Below are positions 1 through 9,669 of a DNA stretch of 64,000 bases, piece by piece. Each line of letters starts with the position of its first letter. The stretch's first letter is position 1. The notes below the pieces were generated by a model. The model ran no database searches. It had not been told where the DNA came from and was given only the letters and a program-made list of their open reading frames with translations. The position numbers were made by a program, and so were the translations under genes. The DNA is from an uncultured Chloroflexia bacterium (GTDB lineage Bacteria; Chloroflexota; Limnocylindria; Limnocylindrales; CSP1-4): assembly GCA_963713975.1 (NCBI GenBank), contig OY970218.1:2688001-2752000 (forward strand). The letters run 5' to 3'.

Positions 1-38
1 CCAAGGAGCTCCAGGCGATCCTGGAGGCGGTCCGATGA
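1..38 (+). CDS. 3' end of an upstream CDS (partial)
   Basis: Frame from nt 3 reads KELQAILEAVR-TGA; the stop overlaps the next start as ATGA (35-38). Confidence 0.5.
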   Translation, partial: KELQAILEAVR

Positions 39-460
39 ACGACCGGAACGGCAACGGAGCGTTCGACCCCGTCGAGGAGGATGGCCCGGACGATGACGCC
101 CCCCTCGGAGCGGAAGAGGAGGCCGCGGCGACGGCCGAGGCGATGACCGAGGCCGATGAGACCCTCGACGAGCGGGTCGAGTCGGTGATGGAGGGCCTGG
201 ACGGGATCGAGCGCCTGCGGGAGGGCGAGTCGGTGACCTACCTGCGAGGCGGGCGTGCGTTCGCCGTCCTGATGCCGGAGCTCCTGGAGGTCGCACTGGA
301 TCCGGCCGTGGCCAAGGCGGCTCTCCGGACCCCGGACACGCGAGCGTCGGCCCGGGGCGCGGGCTGGATCGCGTTCACGCCGCGGGTGCTCGACCGGTTC
401 GCGCTCGATCGTGCCGAGGCCTGGCTGCGGTCCGCCCGCCGACGGGTCGCGGGCGGCTGA
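35..460 (+). CDS. hypothetical protein; acidic N-terminus, C-terminal part reminiscent of MmcQ/YjbR-like small domains
   Basis: 141 aa ORF with GC-type codon usage and ATGA coupling; GW(I)xF...AxAWLxxA pattern near the C-terminus. Confidence 0.6.
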   Translation: MNDRNGNGAFDPVEEDGPDDDAPLGAEEEAAATAEAMTEADETLDERVESVMEGLDGIERLREGESVTYLRGGRAFAVLMPELLEVALDPAVAKAALRTPDTRASARGAGWIAFTPRVLDRFALDRAEAWLRSARRRVAGG

Positions 461-525
461 GCCTCGGGCCGGGTCCTGTCGGCGGGTTGTGGGCCGGTGG
501 ACCCGTCGCCGGCGCCGGACACGAA

Positions 526-553
526 ACGACCCCGGCAATCTGACCGGGGTCGT
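526..553. terminator. hairpin between convergent genes, probable terminator
   Basis: ACGACCCCGG (526-535) / CCGGGGTCGT (544-553) perfect 10-bp stem with 8-nt loop. Confidence 0.55.
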
Positions 554-595
554 GTCTCGGTTGTCGTGTCGTGCCCGCGCTCGGCGGGCGCACGG

Positions 596-943
596 TCAGG
601 CCTTGGGGGCCGCGGACGCGAGTGCCGCCAGGCCGAACGCCTGCTCCAGCTGGTCCAGCGGGCGGAAGCCCACCACGCCCTGCGGCTGCTCGCCGGGCTT
701 GAAGTACGCAATGGTCGGGATGCTCATGATCCCGAACGCCTGCGAGAGGCGCGGGTTTGCATCGACATCCACCTTGACCACGTCCACGACGCCGTCGTAC
801 TTGGCTGCCAGCTTCTCCATCTCGGGGGCGACCATCTTGCAGGGTCCGCACCAGGCAGCCCAGAAGTCGACCACGACGGGCTTGTCATTGTTGAGCACCA
901 GCGCCTCGAACGTGTCGTCCGTCGCTGCCTTGATTTCCGCCAC
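596..943 (-). CDS. trxA: thioredoxin
   Basis: VDFWAAWCGPCK active site, SIPT cis-Pro motif, 115 aa. Confidence 0.95.
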   Translation of the reverse strand: MAEIKAATDDTFEALVLNNDKPVVVDFWAAWCGPCKMVAPEMEKLAAKYDGVVDVVKVDVDANPRLSQAFGIMSIPTIAYFKPGEQPQGVVGFRPLDQLEQAFGLAALASAAPKA

Positions 944-993
944 GGGGCGGCTCCTTTCTCCCGCCAGGCCGGCGGATCTGTGTCTCGACCCGG

Positions 994-1290
994 TCAGCGG
1001 GCAATAGCTTGAAGAACCCGGTACGCCTCCAGGACCTTGGGGTCCGCGAGGCGGTAGTAGACCGTGCTGCCGTCACGGCGTGCCGTGACGAGCCCGGCCG
1101 AGCGCAGCACCGCGAGATGCTGGCTCATGTTCGGCACCTGGCAGCTCACCCGTACGGCAAGGTCGCCCACGGAGGCCTCGCCGTCGGCGAGGGACTCGAG
1201 GACGCACAGGCGCTTGGGGTCACCGAGCGCGCGGGCCACGGCCGCGAAACGGCTGCGGTCCTCGTCGGTGCTGGCAACGGTGTCGATCAC
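994..1290 (-). CDS. ArsR/SmtB family transcriptional regulator
   Basis: ALGDPKRL...SQHLAVLRSAGLV...YYRL winged-HTH pattern. Confidence 0.9.
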   Translation of the reverse strand: MIDTVASTDEDRSRFAAVARALGDPKRLCVLESLADGEASVGDLAVRVSCQVPNMSQHLAVLRSAGLVTARRDGSTVYYRLADPKVLEAYRVLQAIAR

Positions 1291-1412
1291 CCGCGCAGTG
1301 TCTCACTGTTTGCGCAAGAACGCAAGTCCGTGGTTCGGGCATCTGAGGTCGCGGCCACCACACGGCGGCTGAGCTCCCATATGACGGACCCGGGCGCGGC
1401 ATACTCGCGGGC

Positions 1413-2429
1413 ATGAACCACCAGCCCGTCACCCTGGCCGCGATCCGTGAGACCCGCACCATGCTTGGCACTCGGGTGCACCACACGCCGATGCTGTCGT
1501 CGGCCACGGCCGGGCGCGTTGCCGGGCACGCGACAGGGTCGCGGCTCGCGGACGGCCGCGTGTACCTGAAGGCGGAGCACCTCCAGAAGACCGGCTCGTT
1601 CAAGGCGCGGGCCGCCCTTGCTCGCATCTCATCGCTCACCGCAGGAGAGCGTCGCCGGGGCGCGATCACCATCTCGGCCGGCAACGCAGGGCAGGCGTAC
1701 GCATGGGCCGCGCGCGAGGCCGGCGTGCCCATGACGGTGGTGATGCCGGAGGCGGCGGTCGAATCGAAGGTGGCCGCGTGCCTCGAATACGGTGCCGACG
1801 TCGTGCTCCACGGCACGCATGTCGGGGAGTCGCTCGAGCGCCTCGAGGAGCTGCGCCTGGAGCGCGACCTTGTCCTCGTCCACCCGTACGACGATCCGGA
1901 GGTCCTCCTGGGCAATGGGTCGTGCGGCCTCGAGATCCTGGAGGACCTGCCGGACGTCGATGTGATCGTGGTCGCCGTGGGCGGGGGCGGGCTGATCGGC
2001 GGAGTGACCGTGGCCGTGAGCGAGAGCCGCCCCCGGACTCGCGTCTACGGCGTGGAGCCGGCGGGATCGGACGCGCTGCGGCAGGCGATGGCCGCCGGCG
2101 AGCCGGTGCGCATCCTGCCCGGGAGCGTGGCCGACGGCCTCAACGCCCCTTCGGCCGGCAGGCTGGCGCTGGACGTCGCCAACCGCTATCTCGAGGGCGT
2201 CGTGGTGATCGACGACGCCACGATCCTGGCCGGGCTCCGCTTCGCGGTCGAGCGACTGAAGCAGGTCGTGGAGCCTGCCGGTGCTGCGGGACTGGCGGCG
2301 ATCCTGACGGGAGCGATCCCCGTCCGGGACGGCGAGCGGGTCGTCGTGATTCTCTCCGGCGGCAACGTGGCCACGGACCGCCTGGGAGCCCTCCTGGCCG
2401 ACGCTCCGCGTCTCGCCACGCCGCGCTGA
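1413..2429 (+). CDS. PLP-dependent threonine/serine dehydratase family protein (no ACT domain)
   Basis: LKAEHLQKTGSFKAR (PLP Lys), SAGN, VGGGGL, VEPAGA and SGGN motifs. Confidence 0.9.
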   Translation: MNHQPVTLAAIRETRTMLGTRVHHTPMLSSATAGRVAGHATGSRLADGRVYLKAEHLQKTGSFKARAALARISSLTAGERRRGAITISAGNAGQAYAWAAREAGVPMTVVMPEAAVESKVAACLEYGADVVLHGTHVGESLERLEELRLERDLVLVHPYDDPEVLLGNGSCGLEILEDLPDVDVIVVAVGGGGLIGGVTVAVSESRPRTRVYGVEPAGSDALRQAMAAGEPVRILPGSVADGLNAPSAGRLALDVANRYLEGVVVIDDATILAGLRFAVERLKQVVEPAGAAGLAAILTGAIPVRDGERVVVILSGGNVATDRLGALLADAPRLATPR

Positions 2430-3616
2430 TGGGCCCGGCGGGGGAGTCGCCCGGATTGGGAGCCACCGGACCGGATGCGGGCTCCACCGGACCCACCCAA
2501 GGTCCCGGGACGCCGCCGAGCCCGGCGCTGCTCCCCCCGCCTCCGCCGGCAGCCGTCCCGATACCGCCCCCGCCGCCACCGAACCAGGGCCCCAGACCCC
2601 CCGACGTCGCACCCGTCAGCGATGCCGTGCTCGCGATCCCGCTCGGGACGCGGGAGCTGGTGCGACGAGCCCTGGACCTGCTCACGCGGCGGGACACGGG
2701 CCTCCGTGGCGCATCGTTCTACATCGGCTTCATCCTCCTGATCACGGTCACGCCGATGGTCGTCATCCTGGGCCTGGCCATGACGCTGCCCGACCTGTGG
2801 GTCGTCGAGCCGATGGCGGAGACGCAGGCGTGGTCTGGCTGGGTGCTCCTGGCCGCGATCCCGGCCGGCCTCGGCTACATCGCCGCCTCCACGGAGGCCC
2901 GTGCCCTTGCTACGGCAGTGATCGGCGCCCGAGCCGAGGGGCGGCCGCTCGTCCTGCGCCAGTCGATTGCCGTGGCGCGCCGCCGGTTCTGGCCGATCCT
3001 GGGGGCACAGGTGCTGATCGGGATCATCGCCGGCATCGCCAGCCTGATCGGGCAGATCGTGGTCCTCCTGGCTTGGGGGCCCGTGGATGCGCTGACGTTC
3101 GGCGCGTCGCTGCTGATCTCGGTGATCCTGGGCGCGCCGTTCGTCTACGTGCCCGCGGGCATCGTGCTGGGCGAGGTCGGCGTGGGGGAGGCCATCGTCC
3201 GCTCGATCCGCCTCGTCCGCCTTCGGAAGCGGCTCGCGCTCGTGGTGACCCTGTTCGGCGTGCTGAGCCAGTTCCTGATCGTGTTCGGTCTGTCCACGGG
3301 CATCGATGCGGTGGCGCGGCTGCTGATCGGCACGGGCCTGACCGAGGACTTTCCGCGACCGCTGGTGGTCCCGATCGCAGCGGCGCTCGTGTTCGCCATG
3401 GGCACCCTGATCTTCCTCGTGGAGGCGATCGCCGCGGCACCTGCCGTCCATGCGTTCGAGGCCCTCACGCACTACACGCATGGGCTGGAGGTCGGCCGCC
3501 GTGAGCCGCTCACCGGCCGGCGCTCCTGGGATCCGTGGCTGACCCCGGGTCTCGCGATCTGCTCCCTGCTGGGACTGGTCGCGCTCATCGGTGGCGTGCT
3601 GGCGTTCCCAGGGTAG
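2429..3616 (+). CDS. multi-pass membrane protein with Pro-rich N-terminus
   Basis: ATG 2429 overlaps the previous stop (TGATG); about 7 hydrophobic segments; AIVRSIRLV motif typical of uncharacterised membrane families. Confidence 0.75.
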   Translation: MGPAGESPGLGATGPDAGSTGPTQGPGTPPSPALLPPPPPAAVPIPPPPPPNQGPRPPDVAPVSDAVLAIPLGTRELVRRALDLLTRRDTGLRGASFYIGFILLITVTPMVVILGLAMTLPDLWVVEPMAETQAWSGWVLLAAIPAGLGYIAASTEARALATAVIGARAEGRPLVLRQSIAVARRRFWPILGAQVLIGIIAGIASLIGQIVVLLAWGPVDALTFGASLLISVILGAPFVYVPAGIVLGEVGVGEAIVRSIRLVRLRKRLALVVTLFGVLSQFLIVFGLSTGIDAVARLLIGTGLTEDFPRPLVVPIAAALVFAMGTLIFLVEAIAAAPAVHAFEALTHYTHGLEVGRREPLTGRRSWDPWLTPGLAICSLLGLVALIGGVLAFPG

Positions 3617-3664
3617 GGAAGCCGGCGGTGGGGACGCATCGAGTGAGGTGCCCTCGCCCCGCCG

Positions 3665-4081
3665 TCAGTCGATGCCCAGCTCCGCGAGGCGATCCTCGTC
3701 CTCGATGCCCAGGTGGTGGGCGAGCTCGTGGAGGATGGTGATCCGCACCTCGTCGGCGAGGTCCTCGGGATCCGGAAAGTCCTGTTCGAGGGGCAGACGG
3801 AACAGCAGGATCCGGGTGGGGACCGGCACCCAGTCGCCGCCCCACTCGTCGAGCGGCACTCCCTCGTACAGGCCATAGAGCGTCTCGTCCGGCCCCATCT
3901 CGTTCTCGCGTAGCTGCTCGGGGGACGGCTCGTCGGCGATGACCATGGCGATCTCATCGAGCGCGGCCCGGAACGGCTGCGGAATCCCGGCAACGGCCCG
4001 GTCCACCAGGCGGTCGAAGCGCTCGTGGCGCGCGCGGGGACGCGATGGGGAGGAGCGTGATCCGCGGCGGCGCTTCGGCAT
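3665..4081 (-). CDS. zincin-like metallopeptidase family protein
   Basis: LYGLYEGVPL and TILHELAHHLG (HExxH) motifs. Confidence 0.9.
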   Translation of the reverse strand: MPKRRRGSRSSPSRPRARHERFDRLVDRAVAGIPQPFRAALDEIAMVIADEPSPEQLRENEMGPDETLYGLYEGVPLDEWGGDWVPVPTRILLFRLPLEQDFPDPEDLADEVRITILHELAHHLGIEDEDRLAELGID

Positions 4082-4102
4082 GGCGCCCGTATCCTAGCCG
4101 TC

Positions 4103-5149
4103 ATGACCCCCGATCCCGAGCCCGTGCCGCTGGAGCCGATCGCGCTGGACGCCTCGGCGGCGGCAGCGGCCGATCACGCGCTCGAACCGGAAGGCTTCCT
4201 CGTCGCAGCGGACGACGGGACCCGCATCCACTTTCACGACTGGGGAGGACCCTCGGGCTCCGTGACCGCGGCATCGGCCGGCCTTCCTGCCGTGGCCGCT
4301 CATGGCGTCCTGCTCGTGCCGGGGATGCTGCAGCCTGCCTGGTCGTGGGCACCCGTCGCGCGACGGCTGCCCCGGGTCCGCCGCACCATCGTGACGGATG
4401 TGCGAGGCCATGGACTCTCCGATGCGCCGCAGGACGGCTATGACCTCGAGACGCTGGCCGCGGACGTGGTCGCGGTCGCGGAGGGGTCCGGGGCGCTCGA
4501 CGGGGGAGCCGTCGTGCTGGCCGGTCACGGCTTCGGGGCGATGCTCGCCGCCTGCGCGGCCGTCCGGCTCGGGACGAGGTGCGCGGGTCTCGTGCTGGTC
4601 GACGGCGGCTGGGAGCGCGTCGAGGAGACCAGCGGCGTCGATGTCGAGGAGTTCCTGCGTGGCCTGGACGAACCACCGGAGGTGCTGCGATCCCTCGATG
4701 CGTTCCTCGCGGACCGGCGCGGCTTTGACCCGGGCACCTGGGATGCGGACCAGGAACGGGCGGCGAGGGACAGCGTGGTGGAGACGGCCGCGGGCCACGT
4801 GCTGCGGGCCGTGCGACCGCATGTCATCGACAGGATCACCCGGGCGATGTTCGACTACGAGCCCGCGTCCGTCCTGGCGGCCATCGACGCGCCCGTCACC
4901 GCGCTCGTGGCACTTGGCGCGGGGGACGCGGACGTTCGCCTGGGGGAGCTGCGCCGGGCCGCGGAGGCGCGCGTGACCGCTGGTCGTGGGCCCATTGGCG
5001 TGGCCGCCTTCACCCCGGAGGCTCACAACCTGATGCGCTATCGCCCGGCGGAGGTGGCGTCCGCGATCCTCGCCGTGGCCAGACCCGCGGCCGGACCCGC
5101 GGAGGCGCCCGTGGCCCGCGATCCGCGCGCTACCATCGCGGGACCATGA
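4103..5149 (+). CDS. alpha/beta hydrolase fold protein lacking the nucleophile Ser
   Basis: DVRGHGLSD, LVLVD and a C-terminal His are present; nucleophile elbow reads GHGFG. Confidence 0.85.
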   Translation: MTPDPEPVPLEPIALDASAAAAADHALEPEGFLVAADDGTRIHFHDWGGPSGSVTAASAGLPAVAAHGVLLVPGMLQPAWSWAPVARRLPRVRRTIVTDVRGHGLSDAPQDGYDLETLAADVVAVAEGSGALDGGAVVLAGHGFGAMLAACAAVRLGTRCAGLVLVDGGWERVEETSGVDVEEFLRGLDEPPEVLRSLDAFLADRRGFDPGTWDADQERAARDSVVETAAGHVLRAVRPHVIDRITRAMFDYEPASVLAAIDAPVTALVALGAGDADVRLGELRRAAEARVTAGRGPIGVAAFTPEAHNLMRYRPAEVASAILAVARPAAGPAEAPVARDPRATIAGP

Positions 5150-5853
5150 CCGATCGCCCCGAGCCCCGAGAGCTTCCCGAGAGCGTCCGCCGCATCGTCG
5201 ATGAGATCGAGCACGACATGGGCGATGACGATGGGCTGCACGGGCTCGACGACCCCGTTGGCGACGCCGCACCGATCCCGGGCGAGAACGGTGGCATCGA
5301 GGCGGCCGTTCGGCGGATCCTGCTGGAGATCGGCGAGGATCCCGATCGCGAGGGCCTGCGTGCCACGCCGGACCGGATGCACCGCATGTACCACGAGCTG
5401 ACCGCCGGCTACCACGTGGACCCGGATCGCCTGATCAACCATGCCATCTTCGAGGTGGGCTACTCGGAGATGGTGGTGGTCAAGGACATCTCGTTCTACT
5501 CACTGTGCGAGCACCACCTCCTCCCGTTCTTCGGTTCTGCGCACGTGGCCTATGTGCCCGACGGCCGGGTCATCGGGCTGTCCAAGATCCCGCGCATCGT
5601 CGAGATGTATGCACGGCGCCTGCAGGTCCAGGAGCGCATGACCCAGCAGGTCGGCGACTTCCTGATGGAGCGGCTGGCTCCCAAGGGCGTCGGCGTGGTC
5701 CTCGAGGCGACGCACCTGTGCGCGGCGATGCGGGGCGTTCGCAAGCCCGGCACCGTGATGACCACCGCTGCGGTCCTCGGCCTGTTCCGGCGCAACGACA
5801 AGACCCGGGCGGAGTTCTTCGCCCACATCTCCCGGCCGGCGCCGGGCGCCTAG
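5146..5853 (+). CDS. folE: GTP cyclohydrolase I
   Basis: GEDPDREGL..TP, SLCEHHLLPF, GLSKIPR, RLQVQER and HLCAAMRG motifs. Confidence 0.97.
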   Translation: MTDRPEPRELPESVRRIVDEIEHDMGDDDGLHGLDDPVGDAAPIPGENGGIEAAVRRILLEIGEDPDREGLRATPDRMHRMYHELTAGYHVDPDRLINHAIFEVGYSEMVVVKDISFYSLCEHHLLPFFGSAHVAYVPDGRVIGLSKIPRIVEMYARRLQVQERMTQQVGDFLMERLAPKGVGVVLEATHLCAAMRGVRKPGTVMTTAAVLGLFRRNDKTRAEFFAHISRPAPGA

Positions 5854-5882
5854 CGCGGCCGAGCGCCGCAGGGATTCGCGGG

Positions 5883-6044
5883 AGTCGTCCGGGCGTGCCC
5901 CTCAGCGGTTGAAGCGTCGGGCGACCTGCCGATCCACCCGCCCAGCGCTACGCCTGTCGGGTGCAGTGCCGTTTCCGCACCACGGATGTGCCGCCCGGCG
6001 GCGCAAACCGCGCTGCATCCGACCGTACAACCGCCCGGCGACTC
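5883..6044. other. long imperfect intergenic palindrome (REP-like element or structured RNA candidate)
   Basis: GAGTCG(T)CCGGGCG 5883-5896 pairs with 6032-6044; GTCGGGTGCAGTGC pairs with GCGCTGCATCCGAC in the inner arm. Confidence 0.45.
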
Positions 6045-6131
6045 ACCGGCGCCGCGGCTCCCGCGCGGGCGTCGGGCGCCCCCTGGATCGGGTCGCAGAG
6101 CGCCCAGTTTCATCCCGCTACAATCAGCGCC

Positions 6132-6539
6132 ATGACCGACCGACCGCTCAAGGTGCTGATCGCGAAGCCGGGCCTCGACGGCCATGATCGAGGCGCCAAG
6201 GTGCTCGCCCGTGGCCTCCGCGACGAGGGCTTCGAGGTGGTGTACACGGGGCTTCGCCAGACCCCCGAGATGATCGTGACGGCGGCCCTCCAGGAGGACG
6301 TCGACGTGGTCGGCCTCTCGATCCTGTCGGGCGCCCACATGACCCTGGTGCCCCGGGTCTGCACCCAGCTGCGAGAGCGCGGCCTGGACGACGTCCTGGT
6401 GACCGTGGGTGGGATCATCCCCGACGACGACGTCGAGCCCCTGCGCGCGGCCGGTGTCGCCGGTGTCTTCGGACCGGGGACGACCATTCGCGAGGTCGCC
6501 GACTTCATCCGTGCCAACGCCACCCCGCGCGCCGAGTGA
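6132..6539 (+). CDS. cobalamin-binding small subunit of an acyl-CoA mutase (MCM/IcmB-like)
   Basis: [10 protein letters not shown] (DxHxxG), GLSILSG and GGII motifs; start moved to ATG 6132 after TACAAT. Confidence 0.93.
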   Translation: MTDRPLKVLIAKPGLDGHDRGAKVLARGLRDEGFEVVYTGLRQTPEMIVTAALQEDVDVVGLSILSGAHMTLVPRVCTQLRERGLDDVLVTVGGIIPDDDVEPLRAAGVAGVFGPGTTIREVADFIRANATPRAE

Positions 6540-6552
6540 CGCGGGATCCGGC

Positions 6553-7554
6553 GTGACGCAGGATCCGGCCGAGCGCGCCGCGGTCCTCGCCGACGCCGCC
6601 CGCGCGGGCGACCGGCGGTCCCTCGCCAGGCTGCTGACCGCGGTCGAGAACCACACGGCGGTCGCCGAGCACGCACTGCGCCGCCTCTATCCCGTGGCCG
6701 GTAGGGCACACCTGGTGGGGATCACGGGCCCGCCGGGAGCCGGCAAGTCCACCCTGGTCGCATCGCTCATCGCCGAGCTGCGCAAGGCCGGGCGATCCGT
6801 GGCGGTCGTGGCCGTTGACCCGTCATCGCCGATCACCGGCGGCGCGCTCCTGGGTGACCGCGTCCGCATGCAGTCCTACGCCGCCGACGACGCGGTGTTC
6901 ATCCGCTCGATGGCGTCCCGCGGGCACGCCGGCGGGCTGGCGTCCACGTCCACCGCTGCGGCCGCCGTGCTCGACGCATCGGGCTTCGACATCGTGCTGC
7001 TGGAGACGGTCGGCACGGGCCAGAGCGAGGTCGAGGTGGCGGCTGCCGCCGACACGACCGTGGTGCTCGAGGCGCCCGAGATGGGCGACGAGGTGCAGGC
7101 AATCAAGGCAGGCCTGCTCGAAGTCGCGGACCTGGTCGTGGTCAACAAGGGAGACCGCCCTGGCGCCCAGCGGACTGCCGCCCAGCTGCGGGCAATGCTC
7201 GTGCCGTCGGTCGGGCGTGCCGAGACGGATCCCTCGCGGCCGACCCCCAAGCACCCCGAGGTCCTGGTCACCACGGCCTCGACCGGCGAGGGGGTCCCGG
7301 AGCTGCTCGTGGCCCTGGATCGGCATCGTGCCGCCGGCGTGGATGGACCGACGCGTGCGGCGCGCAGGACGAGAGCCGGGGCACAGGTGCGGGCCGTGGT
7401 CGTAGAGCGGATCTGGGCTCGCCTGGCGGCGCCGGGACTGGCCGGGAAGACGGACGCGGCGATCGATGCGGTGGCCAGCCACGAGATGGACCCGTACGCG
7501 GCGGCCGATCGTCTGCTGGCCGCCCTGGACGCTCGGGATGAGGAGCAGCGATGA
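6553..7554 (+). CDS. meaB: acyl-CoA mutase-associated GTPase MeaB
   Basis: GPPGAGKST, DPSSPITGGALLGDRVRM, ETVG.GQSE, KAGLLE and NKGD motifs; start approximate. Confidence 0.93.
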   Translation: MTQDPAERAAVLADAARAGDRRSLARLLTAVENHTAVAEHALRRLYPVAGRAHLVGITGPPGAGKSTLVASLIAELRKAGRSVAVVAVDPSSPITGGALLGDRVRMQSYAADDAVFIRSMASRGHAGGLASTSTAAAAVLDASGFDIVLLETVGTGQSEVEVAAAADTTVVLEAPEMGDEVQAIKAGLLEVADLVVVNKGDRPGAQRTAAQLRAMLVPSVGRAETDPSRPTPKHPEVLVTTASTGEGVPELLVALDRHRAAGVDGPTRAARRTRAGAQVRAVVVERIWARLAAPGLAGKTDAAIDAVASHEMDPYAAADRLLAALDARDEEQR

Positions 7555-8411
7555 GCATCGAGCGGGTGTTCGTGGCCGGGGCCGGGCTGATGGGCCACGG
7601 GATCGCACAGGTGCACGCGGCCATCGGCAAGCGGGTCGTGCTCTACGAGCCCGATCTCGCCCGGGCCGAAGCCGGCCGCGGACGCATCGCCACCAGCCTG
7701 GACCGGGCGATCGCGAAGCGAAGGATCACGGTCGAGGAGCGCGATGCTCTCCTCGACCTCCTCAGCACCACGGACGACCTGGAGGCAGCGGCGGATGCCG
7801 ACCTCGTCATCGAGGCCGTGTTCGAGGACGTCGACGTCAAGACGGGGCTGTGGACGGCCCTGGACCGGATCGCGCCGGCGAGCGCCGTCTTCGCGACCAA
7901 CACCTCGTCGATCGCCATCGACCGCCTGGCCGCCGCGGTGGGGGAGGCGAGGAGAGCCCGGTTCGCGGGCATGCACTTCTTCTCGCCGGTCCCGGTGATG
8001 CCGCTGATCGAGCTGATCCGGGGCACGGCGACCGGTGACGAGACGGAGGCCGCCCTCCGGGAGCTGGCCGCCGGGCTGGGCAAGCAGGTGATCGTGTCGG
8101 CGGATCGCCCCGGGTTCATCGTCAACCGGATCCTCATGCCCTTCCTGGGCGAGGCGATGCGGGCGTTCGAGGAGGGCCTGGGCACGGCCGAGGACATCGA
8201 CACCGGCGCGCGGGTGGGGCTCAACCACCCGATGGGGCCGCTCGAGCTCGCGGACTTCATCGGCCTCGACGTCGTCCTCGGCATCATGCGGGTGCTCAAC
8301 GAGGGGTTCGACCAGCCGCAGTTCGCGCCACCGGCGGTTCTCGAGCGCCTCGTCGCCGAGGGACACCTCGGGCAGAAGACCGGTCGGGGGTTCCACGTCT
8401 ACCCGCGCTGA
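7551..8411 (+). CDS. 3-hydroxybutyryl-CoA / 3-hydroxyacyl-CoA dehydrogenase
   Basis: GAGLMGHGIA, TNTSS, GMHFF.P, PGFIVNR and PMGPL motifs. Confidence 0.93.
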   Translation: MSIERVFVAGAGLMGHGIAQVHAAIGKRVVLYEPDLARAEAGRGRIATSLDRAIAKRRITVEERDALLDLLSTTDDLEAAADADLVIEAVFEDVDVKTGLWTALDRIAPASAVFATNTSSIAIDRLAAAVGEARRARFAGMHFFSPVPVMPLIELIRGTATGDETEAALRELAAGLGKQVIVSADRPGFIVNRILMPFLGEAMRAFEEGLGTAEDIDTGARVGLNHPMGPLELADFIGLDVVLGIMRVLNEGFDQPQFAPPAVLERLVAEGHLGQKTGRGFHVYPR

Positions 8412-8433
8412 GATCTGGAGGAGCGTCGCCGCC

Positions 8434-9669
8434 ATGGAGCAGCAGCCCGGACCCAACGGCCACGTCTATCTCGTCAGCGCCGCCCGGACCCCGATCGGGA
8501 AGTTCGGTGGCGCCCTTGCCGGCCTGTCGGCCGTGGACCTCGGGGCCGTGGCGATCCGCGCCGCGGTGGACCGCTCGGGGCTGTCGCCCGATGTGGCCAT
8601 CGACGAGGTCCTGATGGGCCAGGTGCTCCAGGCAGGGGCCGGCCAGGCGCCGGCACGCCAGGCGCTGCTGCAGGCGGGCCTGGCCGACACGACCCCGGCG
8701 ACGACCATCAACCGGGTCTGCGGCTCCGGGCTGAAGGCGATCATGCTCGCCGCGGCGGGCATCCGGGCGGGCGACGGCGACCTCTACGTGGCGGGCGGCA
8801 TGGAGTCCATGGACCAGGCGCCGTTCCTGCTGCGCAAGGCCCGGTTCGGCTACCGGCTGGGCGCCGGCTCGCTGGACGACGCCGCCGTTGCCGATGGGCT
8901 GTGGTGCGCGGTCGAGGACTGCCACATGGGCACCCACGCGGAGCGCGTGGCGATCAGCAACGACGTGTCACGCGAGGACCAGGACGCGTTCGCACTCGAG
9001 AGCCACCGGCGAGCGGTGGCCGCCCAGGATGCCGGGCGGTTCGACGCGGAGATGGCGGCGGTGACCGTGCGGGACGCGAAGGGGCGCGAGACCGAGGTCT
9101 GCGTGGACGAGGGCCCGCGCCGGGACTCCACGCTCGAGGCGCTGGCGAGGCTCAAGCCGGCGTTCGCGCTGCCCGACGGCGATGACCGGGGCGACGCGAC
9201 CGTCGGGACCGTCACGGCCGGCAATGCGCCCGGGATCACGGACGGAGCGGCGGCCCTGGTGGTGGCCTCCGAGCGGGCCGTTGAGCGGCACGGGCTCGCA
9301 CCGCTCGCGCGCATCGTCGGCTACGCGCAGGCGGAGGTGGCGCCGAAGTGGCTGTTCCTGGCTCCGGTCGCCGGCGTCCGTGCGCTGGAGCGGCGCACCG
9401 GCCTCGCGCCCGACGCATTCGACCTGGTCGAGCTCAACGAGGCCTTCGCGGCGCAGGTCCTCGCCGATGGCAGGGATCTCGGCCTCGATTGGGCGAGGGT
9501 GAACGTGAACGGGGGCGCGATCGCGCTGGGCCACCCGATCGGGGCGTCCGGTGCGCGGATCGCGGCGACGCTCGTCCACGAGCTCGTGCGCCGGGGCGGC
9601 CGATACGGCCTCGCGACGCTGTGTCTGGGCGGCGGCGGCTCCGTGGCGATGGCGGTCGAGCGCGTCTGA
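8434..9669 (+). CDS. acetyl-CoA C-acyltransferase (thiolase)
   Basis: NRVCGSG, NEAFA, GHPIGASG and CLGGG motifs. Confidence 0.95.
   Translation: MEQQPGPNGHVYLVSAARTPIGKFGGALAGLSAVDLGAVAIRAAVDRSGLSPDVAIDEVLMGQVLQAGAGQAPARQALLQAGLADTTPATTINRVCGSGLKAIMLAAAGIRAGDGDLYVAGGMESMDQAPFLLRKARFGYRLGAGSLDDAAVADGLWCAVEDCHMGTHAERVAISNDVSREDQDAFALESHRRAVAAQDAGRFDAEMAAVTVRDAKGRETEVCVDEGPRRDSTLEALARLKPAFALPDGDDRGDATVGTVTAGNAPGITDGAAALVVASERAVERHGLAPLARIVGYAQAEVAPKWLFLAPVAGVRALERRTGLAPDAFDLVELNEAFAAQVLADGRDLGLDWARVNVNGGAIALGHPIGASGARIAATLVHELVRRGGRYGLATLCLGGGGSVAMAVERV

Noticed and set aside
5854-6131. Cobalamin riboswitch before the B12-binding gene
   Set aside because: No recognisable B12-box or GGGAA...GCCACTG core; the gene appears leaderless
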